From Bdellovibrionales bacterium (GTDB lineage Bacteria; Bdellovibrionota; Bdellovibrionia; Bdellovibrionales; Bdellovibrionaceae), in the NCBI GenBank assembly GCA_031370005.1, contig JANMPT010000098.1:1-20597 (forward strand): DNA of 20,597 nt, given 5' to 3'. Made by a program: the position numbers and the translations under genes. Positions within the stretch are counted from its first letter, which is position 1; the number at the start of each line of letters is the position of its first letter. The notes beneath the pieces were generated by a model. The model did no database searches. It saw only the letters and a list, made by a program, of their open reading frames with translations, and had not been told where the DNA came from. Positions 17,201-20,597 of the stretch are shown one piece after another.

Positions 17201-17785
17201 TTGTAAGCGAACGAGATTCTGATCCGTCGCTTGCAGTTTTCTTTGAGACTCACGTTTACGAACTTTAAACTTCGTAATGCCGGCGGCTTCTTCAATTAAG
17301 GTTCGTCGTTCTTCTGGTTTTGCAGTGATAATTTTACCAATCATCCCCTGAGCAATAATGGAGAAGCCTTTAGAACCAGCTCCTGTGTCCATAAAGATCT
17401 CTTGCACGTCTTTCAAACGAGAGGGCTCTTTATTTACGAAGTACTCCCCCTCGCCATCGCGATGCAGACGACGAGTGACCATAACTTCAGAATGTTTGAT
17501 GTATTTTGCGGGAAAAGGGCCGCCATCATTTTCAAGTGTTAAAGAAACTTCGCACATGCCGAGTGGAGCATAGCCTTCGGCCCCGGCGAAGATAACATCC
17601 GACATCGTTGCCCCGCGAAGGTCCTTCACAGACATTTCGCCCATGACCCACATCAAGGCATCCACAATATTTGATTTTCCGCAACCATTCGGCCCGACAA
17701 TCCCTGTGATACCAGCGTCAAATTGAATAACTGTGCGATCTTTGAACGACTTAAAGCCTACGAGTTCGATTTTTTTGATTCTCAA
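14207..17785 (-). CDS. smc: Chromosome segregation protein SMC (1192 aa from TTG 17785)
   Basis: GFKSF, Walker A GPNGCGKSN, coiled coils flanking a hinge, signature MSGGEK, Walker B/D-loop LLDEVDAPLD and H-loop VTH. GAGGGG RBS lies 5 nt before TTG 17785 (MRIKKIEL). Confidence 0.97.
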   Translation of the reverse strand: MRIKKIELVGFKSFKDRTVIQFDAGITGIVGPNGCGKSNIVDALMWVMGEMSVKDLRGATMSDVIFAGAEGYAPLGMCEVSLTLENDGGPFPAKYIKHSEVMVTRRLHRDGEGEYFVNKEPSRLKDVQEIFMDTGAGSKGFSIIAQGMIGKIITAKPEERRTLIEEAAGITKFKVRKRESQRKLQATDQNLVRLQDIIGELKRQIDSLQRQAQRAERYRGLKNQIEDLDLWLSTIQYTDLRKVADEAQRIFDEAQSLEVEGETNVSALQAQFEALKLQILEKEKSLEVIQIQYYDKQSLSQKKEMEIQELRFEIEQARRNEQMTGTILQEQQARQELLLKEHAQLNSQVESLKEESEVLTAQYNDKNLIFQNSQSRITEVDEELTGKRRELFAIGQSESSLDARVNSLQGQIVDLKERGDSEQLVVNELREKQVEFEVRRRKVFNELEKERQMQLDLVNDFESFEVNKKILTEQSVIKKIEVEEFKDQLNEVTSRLYGLENLHSNFEGFQEGVKNVMLWQKAKYQEITADGSVMFQPVSEVVEVPSKYEVAMEAALGSRLQMLLSADDSKAIEAVDHLKEAKSGRSSFMSATETAHKVLGSAPSAEPGVQVILKDVVRSHEKYQNTVSYLLDGVAIVDSIRTALSLRAKYQGWTFVTADGDTLSADGMLTGGSVESADSGVLKRRREIKELTEKKNEWAGKLALAQQALKKLEEQLANVVNDFEGAQKRKVEQEIKVIELRKDVERSENELQNAQHAVERQGRELHKITEQVEQQEARLHDLIVNLEEARAKKKSLEEQTEALNAELMSTRLGFDGFQNEVRELQVESVSRTQEYNGVLRQLEMVNKSLSELEAQLSRMSEESQMYSTQMTDSQMTLEEKKIEFERNIREVEGLKARMSTEKDTYEQMAAQIQMRGDEIASSQRARNERQARMNEAQLKLEQARMKEQYLVDQIRERYMLILFDVVEKYQSREGDPAEAEAQLRELREKIAKIGEVNLSAIEEYEETAQRYEFLTKQHADLTEAKEQLRKVIDRINKICSKRFKETFDLVNDRFTRVFPVLFGGGEARLELHEDVEKGEMGIEIIAKPPGKKMQNVSLMSGGEKALTAVALVFSIFLVKPSPYCLLDEVDAPLDDANVFRFNDLVREMAKRSQIIVVTHNKHTMEVAGKLYGVTMQERGVSTMVSVSLQDIQ

Positions 17786-18124
17786 ATTAACCCCTCTCAA
17801 TATCCTCTAGAAGTAGCCTGAACACAGAGCAAGTCCTTGGTCCAGGAGTGCCAAAGATCAGTTAACTTTCCCTAGGGATTGAAGCCCTGTCAATCAAAGC
17901 CTACTAAACAGCGGGCTCCTGCTGAAAACTTAAGCTAGCTTGCCATGCAGTTTACGCATTGCGTTTTTGCGTGACGAGCTCCCGGCTACTTTTAAATGAT
18001 TGGCGGCCACAGCAGAATATGACTGATAAAAAATATTCTTTTCTCAATCCCGCCTTATCTTCGCGATATTATGCCCTCGATACAAGAAACATAGAAAATA
18101 ACACAATCAGCATGAGGTATTGTT

Positions 18125-18475
18125 ATGGAAGCGGAAGTAAACTCCATTGATGTTCTTGAAGCCGGCACTGGATTTATGCAAAGCATGAGCGAGGTGATTC
18201 ACCTGCTTGATAAAAAAGGCTACCGTGAGAATTTCAGTGCTAAAATAGACCACTTTGAATGCCGTTCAGGAACTTTCCGAATTTATCCTAAAGACATCGT
18301 CATAGACAGCCTCTTCCGCTTTGAAAACACCTCTGATCCAGATGACCAATCCATCCTCTATGCGATTTCCGCACCTTCAGTGGGGTTAAAAGGGGTTTAT
18401 GTCGAGTCCTACGGAGTCAACCAAGATGAAATGTCCAAAGAAATGATTGAACGCTTAAAAAATCACCCACATTGA
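18125..18475 (+). CDS. Small conserved hypothetical protein (family often auto-labelled 'phosphoribosylpyrophosphate synthetase' but not Prs), 116 aa
   Basis: Pattern KKGYRENF...FRFENTSDPDDQSILYAI...KGVYVESYG, recognised from memory; GAGG RBS upstream. Confidence 0.7.
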   Translation: MEAEVNSIDVLEAGTGFMQSMSEVIHLLDKKGYRENFSAKIDHFECRSGTFRIYPKDIVIDSLFRFENTSDPDDQSILYAISAPSVGLKGVYVESYGVNQDEMSKEMIERLKNHPH

Positions 18476-18495
18476 TCCGCATCGAATTGAAGCGA

Positions 18496-19464
18496 TCAAC
18501 CAGCCGGTTTTATTTTTATTTTGGGGTAAAAAAACTCAATCTGTCCACGACTTCCCAGTGTCGTGCCAGGATGAACTAATGTGGCACAGGCGGCGGCAAG
18601 GCCCCATCTAAGAAGATCTTCCGAGTGATGTTTTTCAAATTGTGCAAAATTCTCCGCCAGTAAACTTCTTTTTCTCCAAAGCTGCGAAACCATCGCCCCA
18701 ACCATGGAGTCGCCAGCTCCAACCACCGAACGAATTTTCACTTTCGGCATTTTGCCGTACCAAGCAAACTGCGGAGTCACCAGCAGTGCCCCTTTACCCA
18801 CTGAGGAAACACAAACAAGGGAGTTCTTTTTGGTAAGTCTCCGAGCCTCACGAAGAACACTGGCAATCGTAGGCAGTGGTCGCCCCAGGGCCTCTTGGAA
18901 CTCGTGAAGATTTGGCTTGATCAGAAGCGACTGGTAAGAAAATATTTTTTTCAGAACTGCCCCGGGGCAATCGACAATCGCGGGGATATTTTTCTTTTGG
19001 CAAAATTCAAGAATTTCTTGGAGGTCATAGACAGAGAACCCCGCCGGAAGACTTCCACCAATCACCAGCATTGCGGGCTTTTTAATTTTTAAAATGAAAT
19101 CAAAAAGAGCTTCTCTTTCACGGGGCTGAATCGCGGGGCCTGGGAAACTCAAGCGTGTCTGTAGTGGGGAGTTCTTGGCTGACACAGTGATTCCGATTCT
19201 GGTACTGCCATTAATTTTTATAAATTTATGATGAAGGCTTTCTTGATCCATAAGCCGCTTCAGTTCTTGGCCAACACCACCACCAAGAAAACCAGTGAGT
19301 GTTACCGGCGAGCCTAAACGCTGCAATATCCTGGCGGCATTAATCCCGTTGCCACCGGGATATCTGGTTTCATTTTGAACATAGGACTTTTCATTCGGAA
19401 TCAATTTGTCCACAATCCCGCCCAGATCCAGGGCGGGATTTGGAGTCAACGTGTAAATACCCAT
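18496..19464 (-). CDS. PfkB-family (1-phosphofructokinase-like) hexose kinase, 322 aa from ATG 19464
   Basis: YTLTPNPALD, PGGNGINAAR, IKPNLHE and VVGAGDSMVG motifs; AAGGTG before ATG 19464. Confidence 0.9.
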   Translation of the reverse strand: MGIYTLTPNPALDLGGIVDKLIPNEKSYVQNETRYPGGNGINAARILQRLGSPVTLTGFLGGGVGQELKRLMDQESLHHKFIKINGSTRIGITVSAKNSPLQTRLSFPGPAIQPREREALFDFILKIKKPAMLVIGGSLPAGFSVYDLQEILEFCQKKNIPAIVDCPGAVLKKIFSYQSLLIKPNLHEFQEALGRPLPTIASVLREARRLTKKNSLVCVSSVGKGALLVTPQFAWYGKMPKVKIRSVVGAGDSMVGAMVSQLWRKRSLLAENFAQFEKHHSEDLLRWGLAAACATLVHPGTTLGSRGQIEFFYPKIKIKPAG

Positions 19465-19489
19465 GGAACACCTTGCGACCAATTTACTG

Positions 19490-19930
19490 CTAATTTACTG
19501 CGGTACAAGATAAATAATATCCTTTTTTGAGATCTATATTATTGGCAGTCTCGAGAAAAATACCTCGTTGTCGAGGCACAGTCACCGTGTCAGGTCTGCT
19601 TGAATCCTGCGCGCACGAGATTCTTAAATACTTACGAGAGAAAAAACCCCCGGTTCGAACACTCAAGTCCTGATAGTAATTTCCCGCTGAACCGACATTG
19701 GCCTTGCTGATATCAATGCCGCTAAGATTTAAGCCCAATTCGTTGATATCCTGCTGTTCAGTAGGGTTTTCAGCCTGACAGGAAATTTTCAAAGTGGAGG
19801 CCGCCGCCGGGGAAATCTGGCGAAGGCACTCGCGAATAAAACTATCCTTCGAGTTCACTGTGCCGCCGAACACTTGTATGGAAGCAAAAAGGGTTGAAGC
19901 CAACCCTATGCCTAATATAACTTTTTTCAT
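19490..19930 (-). CDS. Hypothetical secreted protein, 146 aa from ATG 19930
   Basis: TAAGGA RBS; signal peptide MKKVILGIGLASTLFASIQVFG; four Cys, ends LSCTAVN. Confidence 0.7.
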   Translation of the reverse strand: MKKVILGIGLASTLFASIQVFGGTVNSKDSFIRECLRQISPAAASTLKISCQAENPTEQQDINELGLNLSGIDISKANVGSAGNYYQDLSVRTGGFFSRKYLRISCAQDSSRPDTVTVPRQRGIFLETANNIDLKKGYYLSCTAVN

Positions 19931-19951
19931 AAAAATCCTTACCAACGCAGT

Positions 19952-20359
19952 TTATTTTGCGCGACATGAAAGTGCGATTTTTTCTCCAGTGGAAAGACTA
20001 TTCACAGCGCTCTTATCTTTTGGATTTGAAGACAGAACAACAATAAAGTCATTTTTCTGTGTATCTTGACCAGCAAGATCGTAGATGACTCCGCTAGAAT
20101 ATACTTTCTTAAAGCCCTTCAATCTCATATTAACAACTGTCCCGTCGCTTTTTCTTATGCTAGCAGCGCCGCCACTAACCACGTAAGCCTCAGGGCTGTT
20201 TGAATACTTTGATGTTGAAACTTGTACGTTCGCCAACAAAGCTCCCTGAGCCGAAGAACACTTAATAAGCTCCATTTTTCCAGACATTGGTCCGCCTGCA
20301 TGAGCAAGACCCGCAGCCAAAAATGGCAAAATCAACGCGCAAACTTTTACCTTTTGCAT
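19952..20359 (-). CDS. Hypothetical secreted protein, 135 aa
   Basis: AAGGAG RBS; signal peptide ending AHA; Cys near each end of the mature chain, ends LSCRAK. Confidence 0.75.
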   Translation of the reverse strand: MQKVKVCALILPFLAAGLAHAGGPMSGKMELIKCSSAQGALLANVQVSTSKYSNSPEAYVVSGGAASIRKSDGTVVNMRLKGFKKVYSSGVIYDLAGQDTQKNDFIVVLSSNPKDKSAVNSLSTGEKIALSCRAK

Positions 20360-20536
20360 AAATACTCCTTTTTATAATCGTTCGGAAATTTGCCAGGACC
20401 CGTTCCAGGCTTAAAAACCTCCAAATCATTCTGAACTGATCACTGCGATAGTCATTCCAACTTGGTTTATAGCCTTATTGGAGTTGATGAATAAATCACT
20501 GTCTAAAATCTTGTTGCTGGAGCCAAAAATGTCACT

Positions 20537-20596
20537 TTATTCGGGGTCTCCGTAAGATTCAGGGGCCAAAGCCCTCAGGAATAATCCTGAACCCGC
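20537..20596 (-). CDS. Possible 3' end of a gene entering from the right edge (...AGSGLFLRALAPESYGDPE*)
   Basis: Open frame of 19 codons from the edge to TAA at 20539-20537; could be chance. Confidence 0.2.
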   Translation of the reverse strand, partial: AGSGLFLRALAPESYGDPE

Positions 20597-20597
20597 A

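Noticed and set aside
17860..17893. smc promoter from TTGACA on the minus strand (17893-17888)
   Set aside because: No convincing -10 hexamer at 16-18 nt spacing.
17959..18150. 63-aa plus-strand ORF upstream of the 116-aa gene
   Set aside because: TTG start without an RBS in an AT-rich divergent promoter region; overlaps the better-supported gene.
1413..19092. Numerous 60-170 aa ORFs antisense or out of frame within nrdJ, iscS, tyrS, rny, ftsY, smc and the PfkB gene
   Set aside because: Shadow ORFs of well-supported genes, with no motifs or translation signals.
20390..20410. Sigma54-like TGGAACG...TGGCA upstream of the 135-aa secreted gene
   Set aside because: The required GG-N10-GC spacing is not met (it reads GG-N10-GG).

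Overview
Bacterial chromosomal segment of mostly housekeeping genes. The gene set and the many small secreted proteins suggest a Bdellovibrio-like organism (inference, not verified). From left to right: (1) a ~0.7 kb islet bounded by a 53-bp duplication of the nrdJ 3' end, carrying an HTH/antitoxin-like gene and a truncated toxin-like ORF; (2) class II ribonucleotide reductase nrdJ, divergent from iscS-iscA; (3) a long minus-strand run, read right to left as smc, ftsY, two secreted proteins, zapA, 5-formyl-THF cyclo-ligase, rny, tyrS, 2Fe-2S ferredoxin, a beta-barrel-like protein and an alpha/beta hydrolase; (4) a small conserved hypothetical gene, a PfkB-family kinase and two small secreted proteins. 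Three observations stand out. The full-length RNase Y has four canonical HD-domain metal-ligand positions substituted (candidate pseudo-nuclease). The integrase-less islet at the nrdJ 3' end has a junction resembling a serine-recombinase crossover. A large secreted protein carries a papain/NlpC-P60-like Cys-His motif pair. No rRNA, tRNA, CRISPR array or transposase was seen.
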